Of a stretch of 64,000 bases of DNA, positions 36,911 to 49,667 are shown piece after piece (within the stretch, counting starts at the first letter, position 1; each line of letters starts with the position of its first letter). The notes beneath the pieces are model-generated. The model searched no databases and was not told the origin of the DNA. It saw only the letters and a list, made by a program, of their open reading frames with translations. The position numbers and the translations under genes were made by a program. The DNA lies in contig NC_052148.1 in NCBI RefSeq assembly GCF_902713615.1, positions 20,131,888-20,195,887 of the forward strand, given 5' to 3'. The DNA is from Scyliorhinus canicula (taxonomy: Eukaryota).

Positions 36911-39900
36911 GAACTTCAGGTTTTTTTTAAAGAACAGTCATTGTGATTATGCAAACATGGGTTGGCTATTTTGAGTATCGCAATGTTACATAAACAGCAG
37001 TGAGATTATTGATCATTTTCATTAGGTTGACTGAGGGACGAAAGTTCTCAAACAAAGTGAGGGACGCGAATCTGCGGCCGCGTTAGGCTCTTGCTTGAAC
37101 GCAACACGGCCGGAGGATGCCGGGAGAGGCGTGCAGCGAGCCTCTTGGCAGGCTCCGCGCCTCACGAGATTCTCCGGAGTCCTGTGAGACATCGAGATCG
37201 AATGATACTCGCGGGAAGTAGGTCGTAAACTTACCCACGACCTACTCACGTTGGATCTGCTGGCCTCCATCGATTCTTCGGTCTCCCCAGGGAGGCTGCA
37301 GCCTGGCGCCTATCAGTGCTGGTCCACACAAACGTGGACCAGGAGGAACGGCACCTTGTGGGTCTCCCGGGCCATTGGAGACTCCTAGCTCGTCAGGGTC
37401 AGTATAGGGTGGCTCCCTAGCCCTCCCTCTGGAATGTGGGCACCTTGGAACTGCCCAGCTGGCACGTGGCACTGCCAAGGTGCCCATATGGCACTGCAAA
37501 GCCAGCAGGAACACTGCCTGGGTGCCAGGGTGGCAGTGCAAGAGTGCCTGAGTGCTAGGGTAGCACTACCAGGGGTCGGGGGGCCATGCCCATGAAATGA
37601 GGGTGGAGGAGGGGGTTTGAAGGGTGGGGGAGAGCAGGGAAGGTAGGTGGGGGCCTCTGGGAGGTTGATGGGTGGGGTTCAGAGAAGGAAGGAGGTGCTG
37701 TAAGGGGGCTTGGCAGGGGGGGGGGGGGGGGCTGAAGAGGGGGGACCCCCAGGGATCCATAGCAGTGTGTCCTCACTTAAGGGTGTGGGGTATTGTCCAT
37801 GTGTGTGGGAGGTGACATTACCCATGGTTGAGGAGTGTGGCGAACTCACAAGCTTACTTAGAGATAGGGGCACCCTTTCAGAATGGCCGACGGATCTCTG
37901 AGTTCAGCCCCCCAGTGCTAAAAATAAAATCTAAATGTGGGTGAAACTCGTGAGAAGCACCACTGGGCCCAAAAATGTGATGAAGTGTCATTGGATAGTG
38001 CTGGGGAACTCGCCGGCAGAGCCGACGGGAAACTCCCTGAAAAACCCACCTCAAATTAACTTTGAAATTTTGGGGGAAGAATGGGGCCTGAGAACTCCAT
38101 TATCTTGACATAACAACACTGGATGAGTGAGGCCTTCAGCAAAGGGTCTTGCTTTTCACACCTTATCGGAAGTAAGGTACCTCCCTCAGTGCTCCATTGA
38201 AGCGGCAGACGGATTTATGCAATCGAATCTCTGGTGAGGAACCGGAACCTTCTGACCTGGAGATGAGTATGATACTAACCAATTTAAATGAGGATTAAGC
38301 AGGATTTAATATTGGGATTTTTTTTTTAAACACTGGGTTTTATTTATCTTTGGACTTCAATTTCACAGTTGAGGAAATATCAGAATTAAACGAAAATTTC
38401 AAACCCATTTTTAAATGCGAGACGCAATCAATAATGCGACAGGTAGACACTCCATCAAGACAATTACTCTGATTTCCACTTCAGATATTTGCCCTTGGTC
38501 CTTTATAGCATTAGGATTGTTAATGTCCTGTTACTTTGTGAGGATAATGATATAATACACATGACTATTGACATCCCGGCCCATTGTTCATTAATCTGAA
38601 GTTACCTTATTGGACAAGTGCGGAAATTGTTTGGTGGATCGTGTCGATATTGCTCTAAAGGTACCTCATATATGGGTTTTCTCCTCGCTGCTTGGGGCTC
38701 ACTAAATTAATTCTTACACTATATTTTGCTGCACATGCGATGATAACACGGATTTTTCCTTCTCCTCCACCTGTTCCATTATGCTTTACCCCCTTACCCT
38801 GCCTCACAATTAAGGTCGAAGCATGTGGCGTGTACGGACAAACAGCAAGTTAGATAGCAAGATGGTGAGAAAACGGTTAAGGGTAGTCCTTCAGGCTGGC
38901 AGAACTTGGGGAGTGGAGGTCCAGAGGGAGGGGTGCTGGGAGGACATGATTTGGGACTGCGTTTACAAATGGGCCAGGGTGGGATTTGGAGACGTATAGG
39001 TGCAAAGCACTGTGAGCCGGTTCGCCAACCCCAAACCATTTTGAATGAGGGCAGCTGGGTGATGCCATGGGTGCCCCCTGGCAAGTCAACTTGGACCAAT
39101 GAAATTCAATGAAGGCCCCATTCTCACGTTGGCCAGGGCTTCCAATCGGCAAGGCGGGCAGCCCAGTTATGTCAAAATGGTGGCTTCAGGGCAGGAGGAG
39201 GGAAGTGAACATGGCCGACCACCTCAACAGATAACAGCGACTGGGCCAGAGCTGCGACCACTGGTCATCGCCTGGTGGGATTTCCCCTCTAGAACCATGG
39301 GCAAGAAGCTGTGGCTTTTTAAAAAGCAAAATAAACTCAGCTCCATGTGCCCTCTGCTGCTTGCATTCTTGCATAGATGACTCCCACACCTCAGCTGGTG
39401 GGACTGACAATCACTGAGTGCTGGAGGGCCTCCCATTGGTCATCCAGCTTGGGGAACCCATCAGCTATCTCTCTGATTGGACAGCGAGCCCCCTCCCTGA
39501 ACTTTAATTGGCTGGTGCATTGAAAATTGTGGTGGGATGCCTAAAGCACACATTTTAGGATGAGGACCCCAAACTATGCTGACCACTGATTAAAGATCCA
39601 GCCTTGGGTCACAGAAATTGGAAACATAATGTCAACATTTGCAGATGGTTCCAGGTTAGTGAGGAGGGAATTGGCAAAGTGCTGAATGGGCATTTAATTC
39701 CACTGTGTTTAAATGTGGTATGTGCATTTTGATTGAAGAAGTATAGAGATTTGGGAAGCAAGAGTCTAAATTGACTCGAGGCAATAAAGGATCTAGGAGT
39801 ACAGGTGCACGCATCATTTAAAGTAGCAACATTGGTTGACAAAAATTGCTCGCTTGCAGTTTATTTCCAGAGGAGTGCTCATTGGTTGGTAAGTGCACTC

Positions 39901-40214
39901 TGGTTATCGGTGATTACCTTTGGTTACCAATCAGCACTCACTCTCATGCAGTATAAATTGTTGTTCTCTTTACTATTGATATTCTTGCAAATCGTCCTGA
40001 TGAGTGCAAGACAAAAAACTTTGACTGCTTGTCTCTTATTTCAACAAAACATCATGTGCATTTGTGTAATCTGAATTTACTCCAAACATTAGGGTGTGGA
40101 TAAGCTGCGCTTTGTTTCCCAGAGTTCTAATATAATGAGATTGTACTTAATTGGTTAACAGAGCATTTCTATGCAGTTGTCCAGCACGATTAACTCCATT
40201 TGCAGTTGACAGAC

Positions 40215-40340
40215 CTGGCATGATAATCTCAGGGAATCCCATTTTCCTCGCCACCACTGTGTTTCTGTCCACCAGGTGAGGGTGGTCCTTCCGAATCTGT
40301 TTCAGATCACCTGACAGTAATTTCATGGAGACCCAGAGAC
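40215..40340 (-). CDS. DOCK2: DOCK-A exon (approx. exon 13): (G)[41 protein letters not shown](G)
   Basis: 126 bp, cacag acceptor, gtctgt donor. Contains the conserved PHLVDR..[14 protein letters not shown] motif. Confidence 0.95.
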
Positions 40341-40685
40341 CTGTGAGAGGGGCACAATTAAGAAAAGTGAAAACTCCATAAGTCCGCCATTCTGTAGACC
40401 AACTGATTCACGCAAACATTAGAAACCGTGATGAGGTGGCCATTATGTTCCTTTGTCTGTACTGGAGATGGCATTTGAATTCTGGATGCTTTTAAAAGTA
40501 CCTTGTCTGGTCAGAGGAAGGAGTTCCATTGTTTCTTGGAGAATCACTCTGCAGTAATTCAGCCAGTGGCTGACTGTATAGACTCAGCCATTGTCCACTT
40601 TTGCCCAATTAAAAATAAATTAAAGCTCAGGTCTTACTTAAAGTTCAATATTTTGTGTGTGATTCCGTGTTTTCTTTTTCTCCAT

Positions 40686-40976
40686 ATTATTAATAATCTT
40701 TATTGTCACAAGTAGACTTACATTAATAGAGCAATGAAGTTACTGTGAAAAGCCCCTAGTCGCCACATTCCGGTGCCTACACGGAGGGAGAATTCAGAAT
40801 GTCCAAATTACCAAACAGCACACCTTTCGGGATTTGTGGGAGGAAACTGGAGCACCCGGAGGAAACCCACGCAGACACGGGGAGAATGTGCAGACTCCGC
40901 ACAGTGACCCAAGCCGGGAATCGAACCTGGGACCCTGGTGCTGTGAAGCCACGGTGCTAACCACTATGCTACCATG
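40686..40976 (-). mobile_element. V-SINE with an alternative tail (...GGAATGTGGCGACTAGGGGCTTTTCACAGTAACTTCATTG...ACAATAAAGATTATT)
   Basis: Same head and V-domain but a different 3' tail. The tail also occurs at ~62690-62840 and in the 6294 SINE. Confidence 0.8.
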
Positions 40977-41220
40977 CATGATGGCACATGTGTTCCAGTT
41001 CCACCATGACAGCTGCTGAAAGCTTATTGGGGTTAGGCATGTATGTGGGGTTGAAGTTGCAATTGGATCAGTCAATGAATGGAGAGGCAGACTCGAGGGG
41101 CTGACTCATATTTCAATTATTATGCAAATTATACACATGAACATAATTCATATGTACATATGTATGTTTGTAATATAAAGCGAACCCTGCTTGCAATAAA
41201 AATCTGAATCACGAATGCCT

Positions 41221-41894
41221 GGGCGCGATTCTCCGCCCCCCACGACGGGTCGGAGAATAGCGGGAGGGCCTTCCCGACATTTTTCCCAACCTCCCGCTAT
41301 TCTCCCCCCCCCCCCCCCCCCCCCCCCCACAGCTGTCCCACGACACGAATTGCTGCTCGCCGTTTTTTACGGCGAGCAGCGATTCTCCCCTAGCCGATGG
41401 GCCGATTTCCCAGGCCTTTACGGCCGTTTTCACGAACTCCAACACACCTGCTCTCACAGTTCGTGAAAACGGCCGCAAAGTGCCGTTCTGGAGAACCATG
41501 CCACCGATTGGAACAGCCGCACCACGGCCGTGCCAAGGGTGGCATGGGCCCGTGATCGGTGGGAACCGATCGCGGGCAGCGGGTCCGAACCCCGTGCACT
41601 CTTTCTTCCTCCGTCGCCCCGCTGGATCAGTCCGCGGGGCGGCTGAGGGGCATAACGGCCCGCGCATGCACGGGTTTCACGCATATACGTGATGACGTCA
41701 GCCGCATCGTTTGCGTCAGCCGCCGTTAACCTTGGCGCGCGGGCTTAGCGAAGTTCGCTAAGCCTGCGATGCCGAGGTTCACGGAGCCCCGACCGGGGAG
41801 CAGAAACGGGTCTCGGGAGGGGGCGCGGAGGCTGCCGTGAAACACGTTTCATGGCAGCCTTCACGACTCTCCGCATTTCCGGAGAATCGCGCCC
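41221..41894. mobile_element. GC-rich Harbinger-type MITE, related to 22338-23073 in opposite orientation
   Basis: TIR GGGCGCGATTCTCCG/CGGAGAATCGCGCCC, exact 3-bp TSD CCT. Confidence 0.85.
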
Positions 41895-42770
41895 CCTGTG
41901 TCTGGCCTACATGTGACTCCAGACCCATAGCAACGTAATTGACTCCGAAACGGTGTAGCAAATCACTCAGCTCAAGGCCTCGCATCCCATGACACAAGAA
42001 AGGAAATGCATACTTTGTGTTTAATTTACTTTCTTCTGTGTTTTCAATCAATGAAGTAATTTTTGAAGTGTAGCCACTGTTATAATGTAGGAATTGAAAT
42101 GGCTAATTTTCGCACAGCAAGACTCCATAGACAGCAATGTGATGAATAACTAGTGAATCTGCCTTTAGGTGTTGTTTGAGGCTAAATGTTGCTGAAAGAC
42201 ATAGGGAAGCCTCCCTTCTTCTTCAAATATTGCAACGGGGTCTTCTAATTGACAAGTTGGGCTTCCAACTGAGCGGGAGGCAGTCTAGAGGAGGCTACAG
42301 GTTCTGGTATGTCTACCTGAGGCAGGAGGGCATCTGATCCTAGGCCGGGGTGAGGAATACGAATGATTCCAGAGGTTGGGCCCACAATGGGGACAGTGAT
42401 GTTGCAGATCAACAGTATGAGTATGTGTGGGTGGGGGGTGGGGGAGGGGGTGAGGAGTTGAATGTTTCTGGGGCAGGGGAGCAAAAGGGAAAGATTCTGT
42501 GAGATTGAAGTTGGATGCCTCTGGGAAGGTTCATAGGACAGGATCAGAGGTAAGAGGAAACTGGGGGTCAGAGGTCTCAAAAATATGGGGTAGGGTGGGA
42601 GGAGGCTTCCCAATGGTGGGGATCAGAGGCTTTGAGGGGGAAATGTCAGAAGTTGCAGGTGGGAGGCAGAAGCCTTTGGGAGAGAGGTCAGAAAGCCCGG
42701 TGAAAACGTTTGGGCTTGGAGTGTGATCAGAGACCTCATGGGGAACTTTGATGAAGGTGGGGCTGCAGTG

Positions 42771-43073
42771 TGTGGTAGTATGACTAGGGAGATTACGGTA
42801 CCTTAGAACAATGCTGCCATTGGTGCAGAAGACTTGCTGCCCATTGGCTCAGGCAAGTCATGTGCCTCTCTGCCAATTGGCTGAGGCTAGTCATGTGACT
42901 ACCCGCCAATTGGCTGAGAGGTTGGTAGCTCCGCCTACGAGGCGGGGTATAAGAACCCATACCGGCTGGCAGTCAGCCTTTCTCTGTAAGTCTACTGCCG
43001 GGCACACATCTAGTGTATTAAAGCCTGTTGTTTGGAACTACTTCACGACTCGAGTCCAATTGATGGTGCATCA
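42771..43073 (+). mobile_element. Solo LTR
   Basis: TGTGGTAGTATGA...GCATCA, flanks CAGTG/CAGTC, CCAAT repeats, TATAAG, ATTAAA. Same family as 58046-58315. Confidence 0.75.
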
Positions 43074-44129
43074 CAGTCGGAAAGCGAGTTCGGAAAATTT
43101 GAAGGATGGGGGGGCACTGATGTCTAGGTAATGCTAGTTGGTCTGGCTAGCACACTGGATTCTGTAGGTAAATGGAAACCTTGCTTTAGTTGACATTTCT
43201 CAGGGCCCACAACAGCCTCATTAGAATATTAAAAGTGCCTAAATTTCCTCCTTGGTCATGCGCAAATCAAGCTGTTGTAAAAATTCATTTATGGCGTGTC
43301 TCCTCCTTCAGAAGGTGGTGGTGAGCTGTCTTCTTTTACCGCTACAGTCCCTGAGGTGTAGGTACATCCACAGTGCTGTTAGGGAGGGTGGTCAAGGATT
43401 TTGACCCAGCAACACGGAACAAGAAGGAACGCGATATATTTCCAAGTCAGGGTGGTCAGTGGCTTGGAGGGGAACCTCCAGGTGGTGGGGTTCCCAGGTA
43501 TCTGCTGCTCTTGCCCTTCTAGATGGTAGTGGTTGTGGGTTTGGAAGGTGCTGTCCACACCCCTACTACACCTCCTCTGTTAAAATTGGAAATGGGAGGG
43601 TTGGAAGTGGGTTCGTGGGTGGGATGGAGGTGGGGAGGATCAGATTTTAAGTTTTTAACCCCTTAACCCTTCGTCTAATTCAGAACCGTCTGCTTTTTCA
43701 GGGGGAGCAGGGGTTTGAAAATCCCCTTTTTTTGTGTTTCCCCGCTGTCAATACTGCCGCCAAATCTTTCCTCAGCAGGTTAAAAACCAGGCAAATGTTT
43801 GTGATGTGCTGCATTTCAGATAGGATGCACTAAATGGGCTGAATGTCCTTTTTATATTCTCAGAGCAAAAAAAGAATGGAGGTCTCTTGCCTCATTACTG
43901 CAAATAAATAACCTATGCGGAATGAGATTGGGCAACGACGTGAGTCTACAGCACAATGTGTTCTCTCATTTGACACTAATGGGCTGAAAAATAATTGAAA
44001 TGGCTTTGGGCAAATTGGGGCTGATGGTAAGACAAGAGAGAGTGTTACAGATTAATGAGTGGCAGTAAGTTTAGCGTTTAACCTCCTGAAAGGTTCTTCC
44101 ATTTTACCCAAGGACTAAAGATTCTTCGA

Positions 44130-44975
44130 GGCAGCAGGGTAGCATGGTGGTTAGCATAAATGCTTCACAGCTCCAGGGTCCCAGGTTCGATTCCCGGCTG
44201 GGTCACTGTCTGTATGGAGTCTGCACGTCCTCCCCCTGTGTGCGTGGGTTTCCTCCGGGTGCTCCGGTTTCCTCCCACAGTCCAAAGATGTGCGGGTTAG
44301 GTGGATTGGCCATGCTAAATTGCCCGTAGTGTCCTAATAAAAGTAAGGTTAAGGGGAGGGTTGTTGGGTTATGGGTATAGGGTGGATACGTGGGTTTGAG
44401 TAGGGTGATCATGGCTCGGCACAACATTGAGGGCCGAAGGGCCTGTTCTGTGCTGTACTGTTCTATGTTCTATGAGTGTTAAGTTGGCCCCTATCATTGA
44501 GCGAGGCTGGAGTTCTAATGGTCAGGATTCTCCAGTCGTTGCGATTTACTTATCCCGAATACTAGGTAATGATTCTCGGCGGCATGGGGTGGCTTCAATG
44601 GGATAATCCATTGAAAAGTGACAAGAGGATAGAATCCCACCACCGGCGAATGGGGTGGCACAGCGGTTAGCACTGCTGCCTCACAGCTCCAGGGTCCCGA
44701 GTTCAATTCCGGCCTTGGGTGACAGTGTGGAGTTTGCAAGTTCTCCCCGTGTCTGCAGGGGTTTCCTCCGGGTGCTCTGGTTTCCTCCCACAGTCCAAAG
44801 ATGTGCAGATTAGGTGGATTGGCCATGCTAAGCTGCCCCGTTGTGTCCAAAAAGGTTAGGTTCGGTTGCTGGGTTATGGGGTAGGTTGGAAATCTAGGCT
44901 TAAGTGGGATGCTCTTTCCAAGGGCTTGTGCAGACTCGAATGGCCTCCTTCTGCACTGTAAATTCCACGATTCTA
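44130..44975 (+). mobile_element. Two HE1/V-SINE copies (44130-44473 and ~44652-44975)
   Basis: Both carry a head, V-domain and CR1-type tail. Confidence 0.85.
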
Positions 44976-45386
44976 TAGGCGGGCTGCTCTGTCCTCCTCG
45001 TCAGGATCCAACACCACGCCCTTGAAACTTAAATAACGCAATCTTGCAAAGATAAGTCTAAAGCACCTCAGCTGGAGTTGGAGCCCTTCTGCAGCCGAAC
45101 TTATATTCAACAAGGAGCGATCAGAAGGTGGTAAATGGGCCTGCACCGTACAAAATAGTATGTGTTGCCCCAGGTCCGTTTCGCGCATACAAGGCTGTGC
45201 TCTGTCAGTCAGCGATGGAAGGGAGCTGACGTTTTTCCCACTTTGTACTTGCAGTTACATTTGATCAACTCCGCTACAATTCGGCTGCCTCAATGTAGCC
45301 TGTGTTTAGATAAATATTAATAAAACCGGATTTTCAAAAGACAATGGCTTTGCGATGCTAAAGCAACTTGGATGGGAATATCTTAC

Positions 45387-45466
45387 CTTGTCCTTTGTGG
45401 TTTATATCTTTGGCAGCTACGACTTTATGGATTAAAGTGTGGAGGAAATCATTCTCAGCCGCGACT
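45387..45466 (-). CDS. DOCK2: DOCK-A exon (approx. exon 12): VAAENDFLHTLIHKVVAAKDINHKGQ(G)
   Basis: 80 bp, pyrimidine tract + cag acceptor, gtaag donor. AENDFLH is DOCK2-like and KDINHKGQG is DOCK1-like. Phases 2/1 fit the neighbouring exons. Confidence 0.92.
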
Positions 45467-46022
45467 CTGCGGGGAGAGAAGAAAAAATGTTTCAAAAATA
45501 ATTAACTGTGGGAGATACTTATGGAATATTATAGCTTGTTGGCAGTCGCTTGAGCAGGAAAATGCCAGAACTGACCAAACTCATTACCCTCGAAATAAAG
45601 CCAAAGCTACCCACATCACAGGGAGGATTGTCAAGGCTTTCCTGCTACCTGAGAGGGCAACAGGTCACCCAGCTGTGAAATTGTTCTTCGTGTTTGTGCA
45701 CGTTGGCTCTTTAGTGGTTGCGTAGGAGAGAGTGGATTGAATTTTAACCATCAGCATAGAAAGGAGCAGGTGTCTGCTGCACTGCGGGGAAGCAAACTAC
45801 AGAAGGCCGTTCAAGTATGTACCACTTCCCATCAGAACATGGCCGATCTGTATCTTAACCCCCTCTACCCCCTCATTTTTGACAATGACTGGGAAAAATA
45901 TTGGGGCACATTTCCATCGGAATCCCCCCCCCCCCCCCCCACCCCCCCCGGGAGGTAATCTGGTACCACAGGCCACCTGTCATGGCTCCGTGGGTAACAC
46001 TCTTCCCTTGTTTCAGAAGGTT

Positions 46023-46370
46023 GGGGCAGCACGGTAGCATGGTGGTTAGCATAAATGCTTCACAGCTCCAGGGTCCCAGGTTCGGTTCCCGGCTGGGTCA
46101 CTGTCTGTGCGGAGTCTGCACGTCCTCCCCGTGTGTGCGTGGGTTTCCTCCGGGTGCTCCGGTTTCCTCCCACAGTCCAAAGATGTGCGGGTTAGGTGGA
46201 TTGGCCCTGCTAAAATTGCCCGTAGTGTCCTACAAAAATAAGGTTTGGGGGGGGGGGGTTGTTGGGTTACGGGTATAGGGTGGATACGTGGGTTTGAGTA
46301 GGGTGATCATTGCTCGGCACAACATCGAGGGCCGAAGGGCCTGTTCTGTACTGTTCTATGTTCTATGTTC
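46023..46370 (+). mobile_element. HE1/V-SINE
   Basis: Near-identical to 4171-4510. Confidence 0.9.
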
Positions 46371-47543
46371 TGAGTTCAATCCACACTCGGGAGAAACATA
46401 ATCCATACTGTTCCTCACGGTGCAGTACTGATGGAGTGCTGCACTGCCAACGATGCATCGTAAACCTGTTCCACCATTCAATGAGATCATGGACTGGTCC
46501 TCTACAGGGCTCCACATACCTACCTATGCCCCATATCCCTGAATGCCTGTGGTGAACAGAAATCTACCAATCTCAGTTATAAAATTAATAATCGACATAT
46601 CTTTGGACAGAATCTTGTGGAGCTATGTGGCTGGGGGTGTTGGTGTCTGGCGACCACCGGCTGGAGGTTCTCTGACACCCCTGGCATTGCCTCTTTTTGA
46701 GAAGGTCCACTGCATCTTGCACCACTCAGGCCACTCTGACACTTAACAGGCTACTGGTCGGCCACCCTTGGGGAATCAAGAACCCTGGGGGAACAGGTCC
46801 CACCCACCAAGATCTGCTCACCAATCAGAGACCAGACATTCTTCTGTGCTCAGCAGTGACATCAGGGAGGCAATGCTGATGCCAAACACCTGAGGGCCAA
46901 AGACAGACCTGGAGAGGTAGGAGGTCATGGGCCGAAGGTCACAGTGAAGGAGGAAGGGGGATCGGCAGCAAGGGCAGGAGGTGGGGCTTTCAGTAGGTCC
47001 TCCCATCTCAATGTCAGGTATCTCCATCAGGCACTCAATGCCTTTGAATGAGGGGCTCCCACCCCACCTTGGAGACTGTAAACAAACACACCAGTTAATA
47101 CTAGTGACAATGGGACGTGGCCCTTAATTAGGCATTAATTGGCAATTAAAAGGCCTCAAATGGTGGTGGGCTGGAAGGCTGTCCACCGAGCTGTCCCACA
47201 ATGTGCTTTGTGCAGTGGTGGGAAGGTAGCAGAGTCCCGACCTGACACCTGCACCCTCCAGCTTCACAGATACTCACATCTCAGTGGGATTAAGTAGTAG
47301 GCAGGCTTCTGGTCACTCATTAGTGAGCACCTCACAATCAATGATCCAGAGCAGGCAGAGGCAGGCAGGTCAGGGAACCGGTGCTGGAGGGATGCTGGAG
47401 GCCAGGACTGAGCTGAGCTCCTGGATGATGACATGCCCATAGGTACGGTCATCCCAGAGCTGCTGGAGCTTCAAAGGCAGAGTCGCGAACATGAGGAAGG
47501 GATGACAGAATCCCTACTTGGAGTGCAAGGCCGACTGGAGGAG

Positions 47544-48881
47544 GGGTTAGGTACATTTTGGCGCAGCCATTTGGGCGCGGCCGTTGTGGCGCGGCCGTTG
47601 TGGCGCGGCCGTTTTGACGCCAGCCGTTTTGGCGCCGGATGTTTTGGTGCCAGACGTTTTGGCCATAATAACATTTCTTTATTTGTAAATTAGCCTCAGT
47701 TGAGTTGGCTGCTGGTGCGGGTCCGCTGTCACAAGTGTTTCGTTCTATCACCATCTTTTTATATATTTTTTAACTAAACCAATTTGCATACCCATATGAT
47801 GGCTGAGGAAGTATCAACGAAACGTGGTAAAGAAAAATTTGTTCATAACAGATTCCTTTATGTCTTTGACAAAACAAGCAAAGGTGACAGCGAAGTGAAA
47901 TTTTGGCGTTGTGAGCAAAAAAACCGGTGCAAAGCACGGCTCCATACTAAAGCTGCAAACGTGGTGAGGCAGCTGAACAGCCATTCGCATGATGCTTCTG
48001 CTGCACAAGTAGAGGTTGCACTCGTGAAAACTAAAATAAAAAAGAGAGCACAGGAAACCCTTGAGGCACCGACTGTAGTTAATGAATGTTTGACAGACAT
48101 ATCCCAAGCTAGTCTACCAGCCATTCCTAATATATCTGCTTTGAGGAGAATGATAAGCAGAGAGCGTAATTATGTATTGAACGCCCCCACCAATCCAAGT
48201 GATTTACAACAATTGATTGTGCCAGAATGCTACAGGATATATGTCCCTCAACCAGGAGTGGAAGAAACATTAAACGGGGAAGACCGCACAAACAATAATG
48301 CGGAGGCAGCCCACTGTCGATTGAAATACGAACTTGGCATGCATCATCCCACCATATGGAAACTAATTGATGGCCTGCGTAAAGTACAGAAAGGTAGAGA
48401 TGCATATTATGAAAGGTTACTAGCCGGCCATGAACCCCCACAAAAACTAAAAAAGTATAGAGATGCAGATAAAAGAATACATGAAACTGTTCTTAAATTT
48501 GAAAACATGGATGCTATCGAGTACTTGAGGAGCCTTGCTCATAATTACCAAATTAACTAAACTAAATGAACTAATTTAAGGTTTTTAACTAAATGAACTA
48601 ATTTAAGGTTTGTAATTTACAATAAAGTTAGTTTAAAAACTTTTTAAAGCTCATCTTTTAATTTACAGTTTTAAGCTTGCTTTTAAATCCTTCCTTCGAA
48701 TGATACTGAATCTTGCAACAATTTACTTGCAACAATTTACTAGCCACAAAACTAAAAAAATTTCTGTCGTCTGCGCCCAAACGGCCGCGCCAAATTGGCT
48801 GCGCCCAATTGTCCCATGGCGCCCAAACGGCTGCGTCCAAACGGCCGCGCTAAAACAGCCGTGCCCAATTGTCCCATACCG
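47544..48881 (+). mobile_element. Non-autonomous MULE (Mutator/foldback-like) DNA transposon with repetitive TIRs
   Basis: 9-bp TSD CTGGAGGAG/CTGGAGGGG (47535-47543, 48882-48890). Imperfect TIRs built from ~15-bp GGCGCGGCCGTTTTG-like tandem units in opposite orientation at the two ends. AT-rich interior carrying a FLYWCH ORF. Confidence 0.85.
47796..48560 (+). CDS. FLYWCH zinc finger joined to the C-terminal part of a MULE transposase (central catalytic region missing)
   Basis: FLYVFDK..FWRCEQKNRCKARLHT..HSH (FLYWCH), then RTNNNAEAAH..HHPTIWKLI (MULE C-terminal motif). No central DDE segment. ATG at 47796, TAA at 48558-48560, AATAAA about 60 nt downstream. Confidence 0.8.
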   Translation: MMAEEVSTKRGKEKFVHNRFLYVFDKTSKGDSEVKFWRCEQKNRCKARLHTKAANVVRQLNSHSHDASAAQVEVALVKTKIKKRAQETLEAPTVVNECLTDISQASLPAIPNISALRRMISRERNYVLNAPTNPSDLQQLIVPECYRIYVPQPGVEETLNGEDRTNNNAEAAHCRLKYELGMHHPTIWKLIDGLRKVQKGRDAYYERLLAGHEPPQKLKKYRDADKRIHETVLKFENMDAIEYLRSLAHNYQIN

Positions 48882-49667
48882 CTGGAGGGGTCCCATTGCC
48901 TTCTGTCCGAAGAGACGGTGCTGTCACCCCTATGTAACGAGGGCAACACTGCGAGGGTGATGCCCACAGTGGAGTCCGCGGTGCAGGAGGTGCACTCCAT
49001 GGCAGGGGACGTCCGCTCCATGGCTCAGATCATGACCTCCATGGCTGAGGATATGAGTTCCATGTTGCGGGCCTTCAACCGCGTGGTGCCGGCACACGTG
49101 GGAATCCACGTGTGCGCACCAGACAATGACGGGGCTTCTGGATCAGCCAGGAGACAGCCCGGCGCCCTCCACCCAGGGGATCCTGGGAGTGTCCAGCCCA
49201 CCTGACACCCCCCCCTCCCTGTGAGCAACAAATCTCCAGCCCAGCACGCTGGGGAGAGTAGTGCTGCAACAGCCATGCCACCCAAATGTGTGCCCAGACC
49301 CTCAACAAGGTGTGGAAGGCAGCAGGCCACCTTAATCGCAGCTGGGGACCCTGGGGTACACCTAGACCTGGTGGGAGTTTGAGGAAGAGTACAAAACTGT
49401 AGGCACCTGGTGGGCATTTTTTAAACACTCGGCACCTCATCCCCTGCCCCCATTATCAAAGTTAAGGCCTCTCATTTCTGTCACTCTTCTCCAGTGATGA
49501 GGAAGCCACAGGCTGAAAGTGTAGAGAGGCTGCCCACCTTGGATGTGAGATGGAGGAAAATACCAGAACCCATGACCTTGGAGGGGGCGGCAGCAAATGA
49601 GAGGTCATCCAGCGTCCCTGAACCTCAGGAAAAGCAAGTCATTGGCAGGATGCGTTCAGATCTCGGT

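Larger units (their letters stand above)
46600..49450 (+). mobile_element. Probable second (Myb/SANT-associated) ORF region of the same decayed Harbinger element, interrupted by the MULE
   Basis: Coiled-coil-like fragments (ELLELQRQSREHEEG..RLEE; MPTVESAVQEVHSMAGDVRSMAQ) convergent with the transposase relic. The assignment is inferred and the boundaries are rough. Confidence 0.4.

Noticed and set aside
47560-47665. Short GC-rich repeats resembling a CRISPR array (also 48771-48870)
   Set aside because: No unique spacers. They are tandem subterminal repeats of the MULE TIRs in a eukaryotic intron.
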